DNA of 64,000 bases from Candidatus Gottesmanbacteria bacterium UBA6580 (GCA_002433895.1 DJJA01000003.1:575745-639744); one strand, 5' to 3'. Positions 49,984-60,172 are shown, counted from the first letter of the stretch. The notes: generated by a model not told the origin, from the letters alone. Program-made: numbers and translations.

Positions 49984-50603
49984 TGGTATTTACTCCTATG
50001 ACTCTACCCGGGTATCTTGCACGCCACCCCAAAACACACCTCATTTTTGATTTTGACGAAACACTGTTTTGGCTCGTGCTGGATTGGGATAGATTTTTTG
50101 AGGCGATGGAAAAAGAGCTCGCGCCCCTCGATCGCACATTATATGACGATTTAGCGGCGCAAAAGCGATCTTTGACCGGGACATTGAACGCGTATGTGGA
50201 AACATACGGTATAAAAGCAAAGCAGATTATTACCAACATGTCAGTGCGGTTTGAAGAGGCACATCTTCAGGATGTGATACCAAACCCAGCACTTGTCGAT
50301 TTTGTTTCCGCTCATCGAGATAAATACCGTATGTCTATCTGGACGAGTAATACCAGCAGGATTGTGGAAAAAGTGCTGGAGGAGCACAAGCTGTCCGGCG
50401 TGTTCTCGCGGGTTGCGAGCCAGTTGGAAGTTATGATGCTCAAGCCCTATGGTGACGGGTTCCGTTATCTAGCGCAATCAGGTGTGCCAAAGAATAGGTA
50501 CCTCATGATTGGCAACAGTAAAGCCGATGCGGAAGCGGCAAAAGCCGTCGGCATCGACTATTTCCACGTCGATTATTTTACGAAAAAAACCCAGGCTGAC
50601 TAA
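49983..50603 (+). CDS. HAD-family hydrolase
   Basis: FDFDETL, WTSN, KP...G, MIGNS..D..AA..VGI. Confidence 0.9.
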   Translation: MVFTPMTLPGYLARHPKTHLIFDFDETLFWLVLDWDRFFEAMEKELAPLDRTLYDDLAAQKRSLTGTLNAYVETYGIKAKQIITNMSVRFEEAHLQDVIPNPALVDFVSAHRDKYRMSIWTSNTSRIVEKVLEEHKLSGVFSRVASQLEVMMLKPYGDGFRYLAQSGVPKNRYLMIGNSKADAEAAKAVGIDYFHVDYFTKKTQAD

Positions 50604-50604
50604 A

Positions 50605-50826
50605 TTAGTGGACTATTTCGCGTCCGGATCTTGCCCATTCTGGGGTGCGAGGGCTTCTCCGTATGTCCTGAACTTCTTGGAAAAGACGGGTTTTGAGTTC
50701 CTGAACCGGAATACCGAGTGCTGTTGCTTCGACAGCAAGTCGCTCTTCACGAAGTGCGCGGTTGTGGCGTTTTCTGCCGCTTGCACGCATGAGTCCTGGT
50801 TGTATTTTCGTTGGTGCACCTTTCAT
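50605..50826 (-). CDS. Small basic hypothetical protein
   Basis: AAGGAGG SD and a TTGACG-16bp-TATAAT promoter on the minus strand. Confidence 0.7.
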   Translation of the reverse strand: MKGAPTKIQPGLMRASGRKRHNRALREERLAVEATALGIPVQELKTRLFQEVQDIRRSPRTPEWARSGREIVH

Positions 50827-50927
50827 AAGAATTCCTCCTTGCGGGCAGCTAGGGTTTGTATATTAGACGGATTATACAGGAGCGCTAATTTGCGTCAATA
50901 GTTGAATTAGTTTGGTATACTGATGCC

Positions 50928-51566
50928 GTGATTTACGAGCGGCAACCTATCGATCGCACCAACCTCACCGGTTTTTTGGGAGAGACAGCAGCATACCGCG
51001 CGATATTTAACTCCGTGCATCCACCGTTACCCGAAGAATTGCACATGCTCCGTGATACCGTCGGGGCGAAGTTTCTTTACCAGCTTGGTCAAATCCATGC
51101 GCCACTTTACGTGGTAAATGATGCATTTGCCATGCCGGTGAGCAATTTCCAGGGAGGTGTGTCACTGTGGAGGCCAAAATACCTCATGTCGTATTTTGTG
51201 AGTATGTTTGATAAAAAGCTCATGGTGATGCAGACATGGCGGGCAGTGCGACCCGAGCGGGTAGGCGTACCGAGGGCTGCACAAATAGATTTTCTGCAGA
51301 TTGCTGATTTACTGACCGGACGAAATAGCCAAAAATTGTATCCACGCAGACAATCGTTGGAGAACTTGGCGTATACGGGTATGCATTCTGAAGGCGCCGC
51401 GTTTTTGGGAAAACTGCGTAGTCTAATCACTTCGATATCAGGCGATTGCCGTGTGTTTCTCGTGCCTGCAGATCAGCAACGGGAGCGCATCGCGCGCATG
51501 GCATTCCGCGACTACCCAAATGTAGAAATACAAGAAGTTTCGGAAAAACGGCAACGCCCCCGTTAG
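50928..51566 (+). CDS. Hypothetical protein
   Basis: 212-aa ORF directly behind TGGTATACT; no family recognised. Confidence 0.6.
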   Translation: MIYERQPIDRTNLTGFLGETAAYRAIFNSVHPPLPEELHMLRDTVGAKFLYQLGQIHAPLYVVNDAFAMPVSNFQGGVSLWRPKYLMSYFVSMFDKKLMVMQTWRAVRPERVGVPRAAQIDFLQIADLLTGRNSQKLYPRRQSLENLAYTGMHSEGAAFLGKLRSLITSISGDCRVFLVPADQQRERIARMAFRDYPNVEIQEVSEKRQRPR

Positions 51567-51585
51567 TCTGTACCCCCATCATCTC

Positions 51586-52324
51586 AAGCCCACATCGGGA
51601 GTGTGCTCTAGTTTTGTTCGATGAGCAAGCGCTTTATGATGTGCAGATTGCGTTGATAGTCAGCGCTATCCTTCAAAAAAGTAATATAGTTATGGGGTGT
51701 TTGGAACGATAAAAGAATTTGTTGCGGATCGGTAAATGTTTGCTTTGTTGAAGTGTACTCATTCAGAGAAGACCATTGATAGTTCATAAGTTTATGGAAT
51801 GTTGAAACCACTCCGTTGCTATAGGGATTTAAGTGTATATATCTGGATACGTGGAGAAGCTGTTCATCTGAGGTTATGTGAACGGCTTTGAATTGGCCCT
51901 GAAATAAGGGGCCAACTCTTTTGTAACGGGTATTAAAATATTTTGTATAGCTATCAGAAATCCGTCGGATATACTCCGATACTCCACCATCAATCTCCTG
52001 ACGCAAAAGAAAATGAAAGTGATTGGGCATAAATACATAACTTATAACGGTGACAATTCGCTCGTGAGATTTTAGGCCTTCTAAGTACTCGTGTTTTAGA
52101 TTATTGGTCAGTTGAATATATTTCGAGAATTTAAGACGCGGATTATCATATAAATAATACTCACAAATGTTTTTTAAACGTTCGTAACATCTTTCATCAC
52201 TAAAAATTGAACGTTTTTCTACCCCTCTATTGTAGACGTGGTAATAGTGAGCGTTTATAAATGGTATTAGCCGTTGAGGCATAAATATTTCGCTTTTACT
52301 AAGCCCACATCGGGAGTGGGCTTA
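51586..52324 (-). mobile_element. Y1 HUH transposase unit flanked by same-orientation palindromes
   Basis: AAGCCCAC-ATCGGGA-GTG(T/G)GCT at 51586-51607 and 52300-52324 tightly brackets the transposase gene. Confidence 0.75.
51608..52282 (-). CDS. REP-associated/IS200-like tyrosine transposase (Y1_Tnp)
   Basis: YYHVYNRG, MPNHFH (HUH), Y..YFN.RY.RVGPLFQG.FK, YIHLNP, Y.WSS. Confidence 0.93.
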   Translation of the reverse strand: MPQRLIPFINAHYYHVYNRGVEKRSIFSDERCYERLKNICEYYLYDNPRLKFSKYIQLTNNLKHEYLEGLKSHERIVTVISYVFMPNHFHFLLRQEIDGGVSEYIRRISDSYTKYFNTRYKRVGPLFQGQFKAVHITSDEQLLHVSRYIHLNPYSNGVVSTFHKLMNYQWSSLNEYTSTKQTFTDPQQILLSFQTPHNYITFLKDSADYQRNLHIIKRLLIEQN

Positions 52325-52328
52325 AAGG

Positions 52329-54311
52329 TTAGTTGTCCCGCAGGATGTCATTATGCTTATGGCTCATGTCGAAGCGGAGTTTGAAGTGTTTTTTAGATAG
52401 ATCATGGCGATCATATTCTTTCCATTTAGATGAGCCGTCCTCAAATAGCTGTACCACGACGATTTTATAAGAATTTTTCCACCACCATTTCTTGTTGGGT
52501 AAGACACTGAGAGTGTAGGCCTCTTTGTGTGGCTCCAGTATGGTAATTTGCCCTTCGGAATCTTCAAACTTATTTCCATCTTTATCGATGAGCGTGGCGC
52601 GCGCGCCATCAACGATAATAAGAAGCGCCGTTATTCCTTTAGCGGGTTTTATTTGCTGGTTATCTTGTTTCATGCGAGTAAGCGGTTGAGGGTGCAAAGA
52701 TCCGTTTATGAAGTCGATAATTGTACGTATTCCAAGCGTGTTGGTGACAAGCTCTGTGTGATCCAATGGAAGTATAAAATTTTGTGCGTCGGGTAGCTGA
52801 CTACTTTCTAAAAGTACGGTTCCATCGCCATCACGAAAAAATTTGTTTTTTGTAGGTTTCCCATCCCACCAATTTCCCAATCGTTGATCTGCACGGTTTG
52901 GTGGTAATACTTCCAGTGAGCTCAATGTCTCATAACCCGTTCCACTAAGGGTTCCGACGGTTGTTCCGTAATAGGGATAAGATAATGAAGTTGGGAGCCA
53001 ATTATTTCTAATTTTCATATCAGAAATAGGCGTTAGCGCACCACTCAGTGACCGTAGATAATCAAAAGTCGGTAGAATGTTTTGTAGGGATAATACAAGA
53101 TTATTTATCATTTCCCGAGCCGACCAACCTTTACGAAGCGAGCACCCGACCTTCATGACGGTAAAACCGAGTCTGATCGCAGCATCATCTGTCCATATTT
53201 CGCCACCTGCCCAGGCAGGATAAGCGAGAACAGAGCCTTTGTGCGGAGATCCTACAGTGAGCAATTTGTTGATGTGACTATTCGTTTGTGAAGATTCCAG
53301 ATAGGCGCGGGCAACTAATCCTCCATAGCTATGCCCAATGACATTAATTAGTTCGTTTTCGTCCGTATTGCGCTGAATATACTCATTTACCTGCGTAGCT
53401 GTCTGAACGGCTGTTTTTCTCCAGTCATAGTAATAGGCTAGAGGCACAAAACCTTCACCTCGGAGGGTATTGATAAGACTTTGGTATACGTCTGCATTGG
53501 CAATTTTCCAGGGGCTCCAACTTTCCGAATAATTGGATGATTTGCAGTTCAGTAACGCATCTTTATTCCAGCTTCCTCCCATGCCGTGAAGTACAAGCAC
53601 CTTTTTGGGTAATTCGGGGGTTGGTGTATTTGTTGGTGTTGGGCTTGGTGTCGGCGTCGATGTTGGAGTGGGTGTAGGCGTCGGAGTTGGTGTCGCTGTA
53701 GGTGTCGGTGTGGGCGTCGAAGTAGGCTCGTAGGTAGAGAGTTCAAAGTTTGCAAGTTCGTAATCACCATTTCCTTGTAATGACACCCATATTCTAGAGA
53801 TATCGAAATTTGCTGATGTTAATAGTGAATGCAGTTCGTTTCCATCCTCATTTACTACTAAATTAGTGTTGCTTAATGGAGATACTAGTATTTTAAAATG
53901 ATGTCTCCCTAAGGTGTGATCCCAATTTACAATTTTTTCTCTTCCAGTTGAGTCGTGAATTTGCATGGATGAATTCCATAGCCCTGCAATTTTCCAGTGT
54001 CCAAAGCTGTCTCCTATTCCTACTCCCCAAGACTGGTTACTAGCTTCTTTGTTTACGATAACGTCAATATCGATTTGAAATGTTTGATTACCATTTATGT
54101 AATAAGAAATTTCGCTCCATGTTGTTGAGTTAGCACCTGTAATGCCATTTGTTGAAGGTAAGGGAGGGGAATCCGTAGTTGGTTTCCAAATGGTACTATA
54201 TCCGCCAAGAAATGTATCTGAAAAAATGAGAGCGGCATTAGCTCTTGTCGGTATAGAAAGAGCTATAAGAACAGCTAAAACTGAACTTAAAACGGGCAGG
54301 ACTTTTTTCAT
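52329..54311 (-). CDS. Secreted modular alpha/beta hydrolase (lipase/PGAP1/LCAT-like) with Pro-Thr linker
   Basis: Signal peptide, beta-rich N-domain, (PT)n linker, LHGMGGS, YDWR, GHSYGG, GSPH.GS, GDGTV and C-terminal catalytic His. Confidence 0.85.
   Translation of the reverse strand: MKKVLPVLSSVLAVLIALSIPTRANAALIFSDTFLGGYSTIWKPTTDSPPLPSTNGITGANSTTWSEISYYINGNQTFQIDIDVIVNKEASNQSWGVGIGDSFGHWKIAGLWNSSMQIHDSTGREKIVNWDHTLGRHHFKILVSPLSNTNLVVNEDGNELHSLLTSANFDISRIWVSLQGNGDYELANFELSTYEPTSTPTPTPTATPTPTPTPTPTSTPTPSPTPTNTPTPELPKKVLVLHGMGGSWNKDALLNCKSSNYSESWSPWKIANADVYQSLINTLRGEGFVPLAYYYDWRKTAVQTATQVNEYIQRNTDENELINVIGHSYGGLVARAYLESSQTNSHINKLLTVGSPHKGSVLAYPAWAGGEIWTDDAAIRLGFTVMKVGCSLRKGWSAREMINNLVLSLQNILPTFDYLRSLSGALTPISDMKIRNNWLPTSLSYPYYGTTVGTLSGTGYETLSSLEVLPPNRADQRLGNWWDGKPTKNKFFRDGDGTVLLESSQLPDAQNFILPLDHTELVTNTLGIRTIIDFINGSLHPQPLTRMKQDNQQIKPAKGITALLIIVDGARATLIDKDGNKFEDSEGQITILEPHKEAYTLSVLPNKKWWWKNSYKIVVVQLFEDGSSKWKEYDRHDLSKKHFKLRFDMSHKHNDILRDN
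53616..53730 (-). repeat. Pro-Thr coding low-complexity repeat
   Basis: PTSTPTPTPTATPTPTPTPTSTPTPSPTPTNTPTP linker. Confidence 0.9.
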
Positions 54312-54459
54312 TAGAAGCCCTTAATAAATACTTATAATAAAAACCATACATCAATACATATTATTTGTATGTATGACACCTAACGAGATGGAGTTATGAT
54401 ACACTTACTTGAATTTTACTAACGATTTAATACAAGAATTTATTGATATTTAAAAGTTA

Positions 54460-55365
54460 ATGAAAGCATTTGCTTGTCCGGTTTGTGTTAGTCAAGTTAA
54501 CAACCCCTTTTTATTGGTTAAGGGTTTTTCGACTTATAAATGTAGTAAGTGTAGTTTTGTTTATATTTACCCAAGACCTTCGCAAATGTCCCTGAAGAAG
54601 TATTACTCAAATTTTGATTATAAAAATATCCCTTTCGTAGAGAAAAGAATTAAGGAAGACTCACAAATTAGCCTAGGTTTTATCAATCCCTATAAAGGCT
54701 CTAGAAATACGTTATTAGACTTGGGGTGTGGAAGGGGGTATTTTTTATTGGAGGCAAAGTCAAAAGGCTGGAAAGTTAAAGGTGTTGATGTATCTTTTAA
54801 TGAAGTTGAATACGCTACAAAAAGACTACACCTAAATGTTGTTAGGTCAGATATTATAAAATATAAAGATATAAACAAGTACGATTTGATCACTCTTAGT
54901 CAGGTGATTGAGCATATTAGAAATCCTAATGAGCTTATAAAAAAAACAAAATCATTACTTGCTAAAAATGGTTTGTTATATATCGCAACCCCCAATATTA
55001 ACAGTGCATCAGCCATGATTCATGGTATAAATTTTGAACATTTTATTCCGCCAGAGCATCTTAATTACTTCAACAATCAATCGTTAAAATATTTGTTGGA
55101 AGCTAATGGTTTCCGGATACTTAGATGGGAAACATGGGGATATCCAGAAAACATTTCTGGTATAGTTAAGCGGTTGTTAAAGCGTAACGTCAAAAATAGT
55201 CCAAAAGTAGATAATTTAAACAAAGTAAACGAAGATCAAGTATTTATAAGCATGAAGAATGTTAAGAAATTTGTATTCGATAAGGTTTTTTGTACTTTGA
55301 CTTATAAATCTTTAGATATATTTAACTTGGGTATTAATCTACATATCCTTGCTCAAAAGATATAA
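54460..55365 (+). CDS. Class I SAM-dependent methyltransferase with N-terminal Zn ribbon
   Basis: CPVC...CSKC, LLDLGCGRG.FL, GVDVS, VIEH, TPN, PEHL.YF; very AT-rich. Confidence 0.9.
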   Translation: MKAFACPVCVSQVNNPFLLVKGFSTYKCSKCSFVYIYPRPSQMSLKKYYSNFDYKNIPFVEKRIKEDSQISLGFINPYKGSRNTLLDLGCGRGYFLLEAKSKGWKVKGVDVSFNEVEYATKRLHLNVVRSDIIKYKDINKYDLITLSQVIEHIRNPNELIKKTKSLLAKNGLLYIATPNINSASAMIHGINFEHFIPPEHLNYFNNQSLKYLLEANGFRILRWETWGYPENISGIVKRLLKRNVKNSPKVDNLNKVNEDQVFISMKNVKKFVFDKVFCTLTYKSLDIFNLGINLHILAQKI

Positions 55366-55367
55366 TT

Positions 55368-56078
55368 ATGCTCTCTGTTCTTATTATTTGTAGGAAAATT
55401 GATGATTTGTTGCTTAAGACAATCAAGAGTGTTGAACCACTACAGCCTCAGGTAATTGTCGATGTTTCCGTCGATCAAAAAAAGGCACTCGGGAAAAGGA
55501 AAAACGGTTTAATCAAAAACGCACCTTCCGAATGGGTTTTAGTGCTTGATACCGACGAAGTTGTTTCAAAATCTCTGCTTCATGAGGTAGGTGAAATTGT
55601 CCGAAAAAATTCTTCTGAATTTCATGGTTACCAGATACCATATCAAAATTATGCCTTTGGTAAAGCGCTGGGTTACGGAGGAGAGAAGTATGGCAAAGTC
55701 AGATTGTTTCGAAAGCGATATGGTCATGTAACACAGCTGCCAATTCATGAAGAAGTCGTCATTGACGGCAAAATCGGCAAGCTAAAAGGAGTTATCCATC
55801 ACTACTCCTATGTTTCGCTGCCGCAAGTGCTGCGGAAGTTCACGAAATACGCGTGGCAGATGGCGGGCGAAAAACAGAAAGCCCATGAGCAAGTGACCAT
55901 CAAAAAATTATTCCTCTATGGCTTGCACATGGTGTGGGCGCGCGCGATTAAAGATCACGGATGGCGTGATGGCTGGCAGGGGGTAGTGCTTGCGCTATGC
56001 TTCGGGTACATGGAAACACTCATGTATTGGATGTTGATTGTACGAAACCTGATCCCGCCCGCCACAAAACAATCGTGA
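55368..56078 (+). CDS. Glycosyltransferase family 2
   Basis: RN......WVLVLDTDE, RLFR, IHE, HYSY, GWRDG..G. Confidence 0.85.
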   Translation: MLSVLIICRKIDDLLLKTIKSVEPLQPQVIVDVSVDQKKALGKRKNGLIKNAPSEWVLVLDTDEVVSKSLLHEVGEIVRKNSSEFHGYQIPYQNYAFGKALGYGGEKYGKVRLFRKRYGHVTQLPIHEEVVIDGKIGKLKGVIHHYSYVSLPQVLRKFTKYAWQMAGEKQKAHEQVTIKKLFLYGLHMVWARAIKDHGWRDGWQGVVLALCFGYMETLMYWMLIVRNLIPPATKQS

Positions 56079-57112
56079 ACCAAAAACGGATAGCATTTAT
56101 AGACATCGCCCGTGGGTTCGCCATTCTCGCCGTTATCGCCGTGCATACCGGATTTCTCCCTCTCCAACACCAACTCCTCCCGCTAATCACTCCCTGGATG
56201 CTTCCAGTATTTGCGGTGTTGCACGGGTGGCTTGCGAAAGACACGCACTCATTTGCCGACGTGGCCGTTAAGAGATTACGGTCGCTTATTGTTCCATACT
56301 GTATCGCTGGTTTTGTTTCTTATGCGTTATGGCTAGGGCTCCGTTGGTATGCAGTGGATACGGTGCTGTTTGTGCCATGGGACATGGCCTTGCGTCAATT
56401 ATTTTTGGGGACAAGCCTGGTATTTAATGGCCCGCTATGGTTCTTGCCTGCCTTTTTTATCGCCACAGTAATATTTGAAATCAACAGAGCAACCTTTACG
56501 AAGGGTGGCATCGCGAAGGCATTACTTTTAGCAGCAACATTGACGTTTTTTTCATTTACAGTAAACCCTACGAAAAGCCATGTGGTGTTTTCATACGACC
56601 TGTCGTTGCTGTTGGCATCTTTCATGCTTGTGGGTGAACGGTTACGAGCGGTACATTGGGAGAAAATACAAATGGGCACCTGGATTGCCGTTGGAGTTGG
56701 TTTTGTGGCGTTGAGTATTTTTAATGGCACCATCGATATGTTTGGCCGTGAGTTTGGTAATCCATGGCTCTATTTACTGTCAGCCCACATCGGGAGTGGG
56801 CTTGTAATCGGGGTGGCGCAGCGTATGGCTGAAAGGAAGTGGTGGGTCACTGGGGCGCTGGCGGTGATAGGGCGGCACTCGCTTCTTGTTTTGGTGACAC
56901 ATTGGCCGATGATGCAGTGGCTGACGTTCGTCCTGACCATCTTGGGTCTGGTGCCTGTGCTGGGAGGCACTCCTACGTATATGTCATTTTCGTATGATCA
57001 TCCGAGCGCCATCGTGTTTACCCTTATCGAGCTGCCCCTGTTGGCGCTCTATATGGCCGTACCCCTTCTCATATTACCCGTAGCGGGTAGGCTCCGCCGT
57101 GCATATTTGTAG
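56075..57112 (+). CDS. Acyltransferase_3 family O-acyltransferase
   Basis: RIAFIDIARG.AIL.V...H, KRLRSLIVPY, LWFL..FF, IGRHSL; multi-TM. Start at GTG 56075. Confidence 0.88.
   Translation: MNQKRIAFIDIARGFAILAVIAVHTGFLPLQHQLLPLITPWMLPVFAVLHGWLAKDTHSFADVAVKRLRSLIVPYCIAGFVSYALWLGLRWYAVDTVLFVPWDMALRQLFLGTSLVFNGPLWFLPAFFIATVIFEINRATFTKGGIAKALLLAATLTFFSFTVNPTKSHVVFSYDLSLLLASFMLVGERLRAVHWEKIQMGTWIAVGVGFVALSIFNGTIDMFGREFGNPWLYLLSAHIGSGLVIGVAQRMAERKWWVTGALAVIGRHSLLVLVTHWPMMQWLTFVLTILGLVPVLGGTPTYMSFSYDHPSAIVFTLIELPLLALYMAVPLLILPVAGRLRRAYL
56782..56803. repeat. Third copy of the transposase-flanking palindrome, inside a CDS
   Basis: AGCCCACATCGGGAGTGGGCTT, identical to 52302-52323; read as (S)AHIGSGL in the acyltransferase frame. 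Confidence 0.9.
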
Positions 57113-57162
57113 TGGTTTGGTACAATAAGCGGGAAGCGACGCGAGCCAAGGCCTGGCCAGGT

Positions 57163-57945
57163 ATGAACCAACACAAGACTGCATTTATCATCATCGCGTA
57201 TCACCCAAAGCTACCAGAGCTTCAACGGTTGCTTGGGCAGCTTAAAAAATATCCGACTATTATTATCGATAACGGAGGCACGCTTACACTTGATGATGTC
57301 GGTCGCGCTACCTTACTTTCCCAGCAGAAAAATCTCGGCTACGGTGCTGCGGCAAATATCGGCATTCATCACGCGAGCGGCATCGGGGCGAAATGGTTTG
57401 TTATCCTCAATCAAGATATTTTGTTTTCCGACAATTCAGCCTCCCAGCTCGTCAGCCTGCTTCGGAAACTGACCCCATGCGTCGCCGGACCGTTCGCCGC
57501 GGGGCTGGATCAGAGTAGGTGGACAACCATACTGCCATCAGACCGCACGGACTATCTCACCGGTTCCTGTATCGCAATACACGAGCGGATTGTCGGGAAA
57601 ATCGGCTATTTTTACGAACCATATTTTCTCTATTACGAAGACGCGGATTACTGTGTGCGTGCCAGAAACGCGGGGTATCCACTTACCCGGGTGACGATCC
57701 CGGGCATGGCGCACGAGGAAACGGCCTCGCTGGGGCGTGGTTCCCGGCTCCATCAGTATTATTTAGCCCGCAATCACATGTTGTTTGTACGGCGCCTCGC
57801 GCCGACGCCAGTGAAATTTTATGAGTTTTTCCGGCTACTAAAAACAATTACAGAACATATGACACGCCGCGAAAAAAGTGCGCTCATTGGCTTGCGGGAC
57901 TTCGCAATTGGCAGGTTTGGGATGCGTACAGGGAGGTGGGTATGA
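57163..57945 (+). CDS. Glycosyltransferase family 2 (rhamnosyltransferase-like)
   Basis: IIDNG, NLGYGAA.NIG, LNQD, FLYYEDADY..RA, YY..RN. Confidence 0.9.
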   Translation: MNQHKTAFIIIAYHPKLPELQRLLGQLKKYPTIIIDNGGTLTLDDVGRATLLSQQKNLGYGAAANIGIHHASGIGAKWFVILNQDILFSDNSASQLVSLLRKLTPCVAGPFAAGLDQSRWTTILPSDRTDYLTGSCIAIHERIVGKIGYFYEPYFLYYEDADYCVRARNAGYPLTRVTIPGMAHEETASLGRGSRLHQYYLARNHMLFVRRLAPTPVKFYEFFRLLKTITEHMTRREKSALIGLRDFAIGRFGMRTGRWV

Positions 57946-59039
57946 AGATCGGTATAGATGGCGGGGCACTCTCTATCACCGATGACCGGCTTAAAGTCGG
58001 GGTCTACCGGGTTGCGTATAACCTGATAAAAGATATACCACGTAGTGATAATAAAAATAGTTATAGGGTATACAGCTTCAGTAGAGGAGGGGAGCGAGCG
58101 CCATTGCCACGGCGGAAAAATGTTGAGTTTGTGCAGTTGTTGCGCCCCGGATTTCAAAAAATATGGCAACCCGTAGAACTTATGAAGGATCCCGTAGACG
58201 TATACCTGGGAATTTCACAATCTTTGCCTTTTACATTGTACGACATCAAGAAAATTGGATTTATTTATGATGTTGGGTTTCTTGATCATCCGGAGTTTTA
58301 TCGTGACTCATTTTATGCGCTTTCGCTCCAAACCGCGTCGCTTATCAAACACGCTCATCATATTATTACTATTTCCCAGGCGTCAGCCGACAGCATCATG
58401 TCCCGTTATCATGTGCCGAAAGAGAAGCTTACGGTTGCATACCTGGGGGTAGAAAAACAATTCCATCCCTCTGGCAAAAAACATCATCGGAAAAACCCAT
58501 ACTTTCTTTTCGTCGGTTCGCTCAAGCCCGGCAAAAATGTGCCGATGATGCTGCGTGCGTTTTCTAAGTTTTTGGCATCAAGTAGCATCGAGTATGATTT
58601 TCTCTTGGTGGGCAGTGACTACTGGCTCGATCCGGGGATTTCCGCGACCATTAATTCATTGGGGTTGCACCGCAATGTACACATCGTGGGGTTTGCAGAC
58701 GATGTGACGCTCTCAGAGTATTATCGTGGCGCAACCGCACTCATGAGCGTTTCGCTTATCGAAGGCTTCGGATTGCCGGTGGTGGAAGCAATGGCTTCGG
58801 GTTGTCCGGTGATCGGTTCGACTATCGGGTCGCTGCCGGAGGTGGTGGGTTCGGCCGGCATGCTTGTCGATCCGGACAACGAAGATGAACTTGTCGGAGC
58901 ACTGCTTTTTGTTTCCACCGACAAGATAAAACGGGAACAGATGAAAGAAAAAGGGCGTGCGCGTGCCAAACTCTTTTCCTGGGATTTGTTTGCAAAGAAA
59001 GTGTCGGCTGTCATTACATCCGTGTCTCCCCGTCCATGA
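57942..59039 (+). CDS. Glycosyltransferase family 4
   Basis: [41 protein letters not shown]. Confidence 0.93.
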   Translation: MKIGIDGGALSITDDRLKVGVYRVAYNLIKDIPRSDNKNSYRVYSFSRGGERAPLPRRKNVEFVQLLRPGFQKIWQPVELMKDPVDVYLGISQSLPFTLYDIKKIGFIYDVGFLDHPEFYRDSFYALSLQTASLIKHAHHIITISQASADSIMSRYHVPKEKLTVAYLGVEKQFHPSGKKHHRKNPYFLFVGSLKPGKNVPMMLRAFSKFLASSSIEYDFLLVGSDYWLDPGISATINSLGLHRNVHIVGFADDVTLSEYYRGATALMSVSLIEGFGLPVVEAMASGCPVIGSTIGSLPEVVGSAGMLVDPDNEDELVGALLFVSTDKIKREQMKEKGRARAKLFSWDLFAKKVSAVITSVSPRP

Positions 59040-60172
59040 AGCATCCAAATGTCGCTATTGTTCGCGGTAAATTTCTAAACCGGTATGAAATGCAGGCATT
59101 TACGCCGCTCATCCGGGATTACCGTATTACGGCATATAGTTCGCTGACGCCGCTGCATGACCAGTTCGCTTTTCCTCTCATAAAACTTCCGAGTCCCATG
59201 GATTTACCCAACGTTCCATACAAGATGCCGATCCTCAACCGCCTTATGATAGATGCACACTATCTCGTGGGGCTTGAAGCGAGGCTCCGGAATGCTGACC
59301 TTGTGCATACTGCGGAAACGTATTTCCACTTTACCCAACAGTGCCTGAACGCGAAAGCACGCGGGTGGGTACGGAAAGTGGTTGCGACCGTGTGGGAAAC
59401 AATTCCCCATAACAACGAAGGAATTTGGGGCAGAGCTGGCTTCAAAGACCGGGCTCGGCGGGAGCTCGACCACATGCTCGCGGTAACCAACAAGGCTAAA
59501 ACAGCGCTTGTTACCGAGGGGGCAGATCCGGCGCGTATCAGTGTGGTTGGCGCGTCTGTCGATACTCACGTGTTTCATCCGGGGCATGCGCGCGCCACAG
59601 ACATGCCCCGTCTTCGCATACTTTTTTGCGGCCGGTTAGAACCGGAAAAAGGAGTGCTTGATCTTATTGCGGCAGCACGGTTACTGGGCGCTGATCCGGC
59701 GCTCGCGCACACCATCGTTGATCTCCATATCGTTGGCACAGGTTCTGCTCATGGCGCGGTTTTATCCGGAACCCGCCAACTGAGAAAAAATTGGCACTCT
59801 ACCGTTGAGAGTGCTACGTATGATCAAATGCCCGCCATCTACCGACAGGCGGATATTTTTGTCGCTCCAAGTAAGCCTACCAAGGCGTGGGAGGAGCAGT
59901 TCGGCATGGCGCTCTTGGAAGCACAGGCAAGCGGCCTCCCTATCGTTACCACCACAAGCGGGGGAATTCCGGAAAACACCGGTAACTCGGCGGTACTCGT
60001 TCCACCGGGGGATATACACGCCCTGACCTTCGCGATAAAGGATTATGTGCTGCATCCGCGGAAACGGGCGGCATTTGCGCGCCGCGCCCGTGAGCGCGCG
60101 GTTGCTATCCACGACGTACGGGTGGGTGCCCGTAAATTAGCAAGCGTATACGAGCGGGTACTCAGTAGGTAA
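59036..60172 (+). CDS. Glycosyltransferase family 4
   Basis: [32 protein letters not shown]. Confidence 0.93.
   Translation: MKHPNVAIVRGKFLNRYEMQAFTPLIRDYRITAYSSLTPLHDQFAFPLIKLPSPMDLPNVPYKMPILNRLMIDAHYLVGLEARLRNADLVHTAETYFHFTQQCLNAKARGWVRKVVATVWETIPHNNEGIWGRAGFKDRARRELDHMLAVTNKAKTALVTEGADPARISVVGASVDTHVFHPGHARATDMPRLRILFCGRLEPEKGVLDLIAAARLLGADPALAHTIVDLHIVGTGSAHGAVLSGTRQLRKNWHSTVESATYDQMPAIYRQADIFVAPSKPTKAWEEQFGMALLEAQASGLPIVTTTSGGIPENTGNSAVLVPPGDIHALTFAIKDYVLHPRKRAAFARRARERAVAIHDVRVGARKLASVYERVLSR

Noticed and set aside
48426-56803. tRNA-integrated island with att repeats
   Set aside because: The region is accessory-like, but I found no duplicate of the tRNA 3' end and no integrase.
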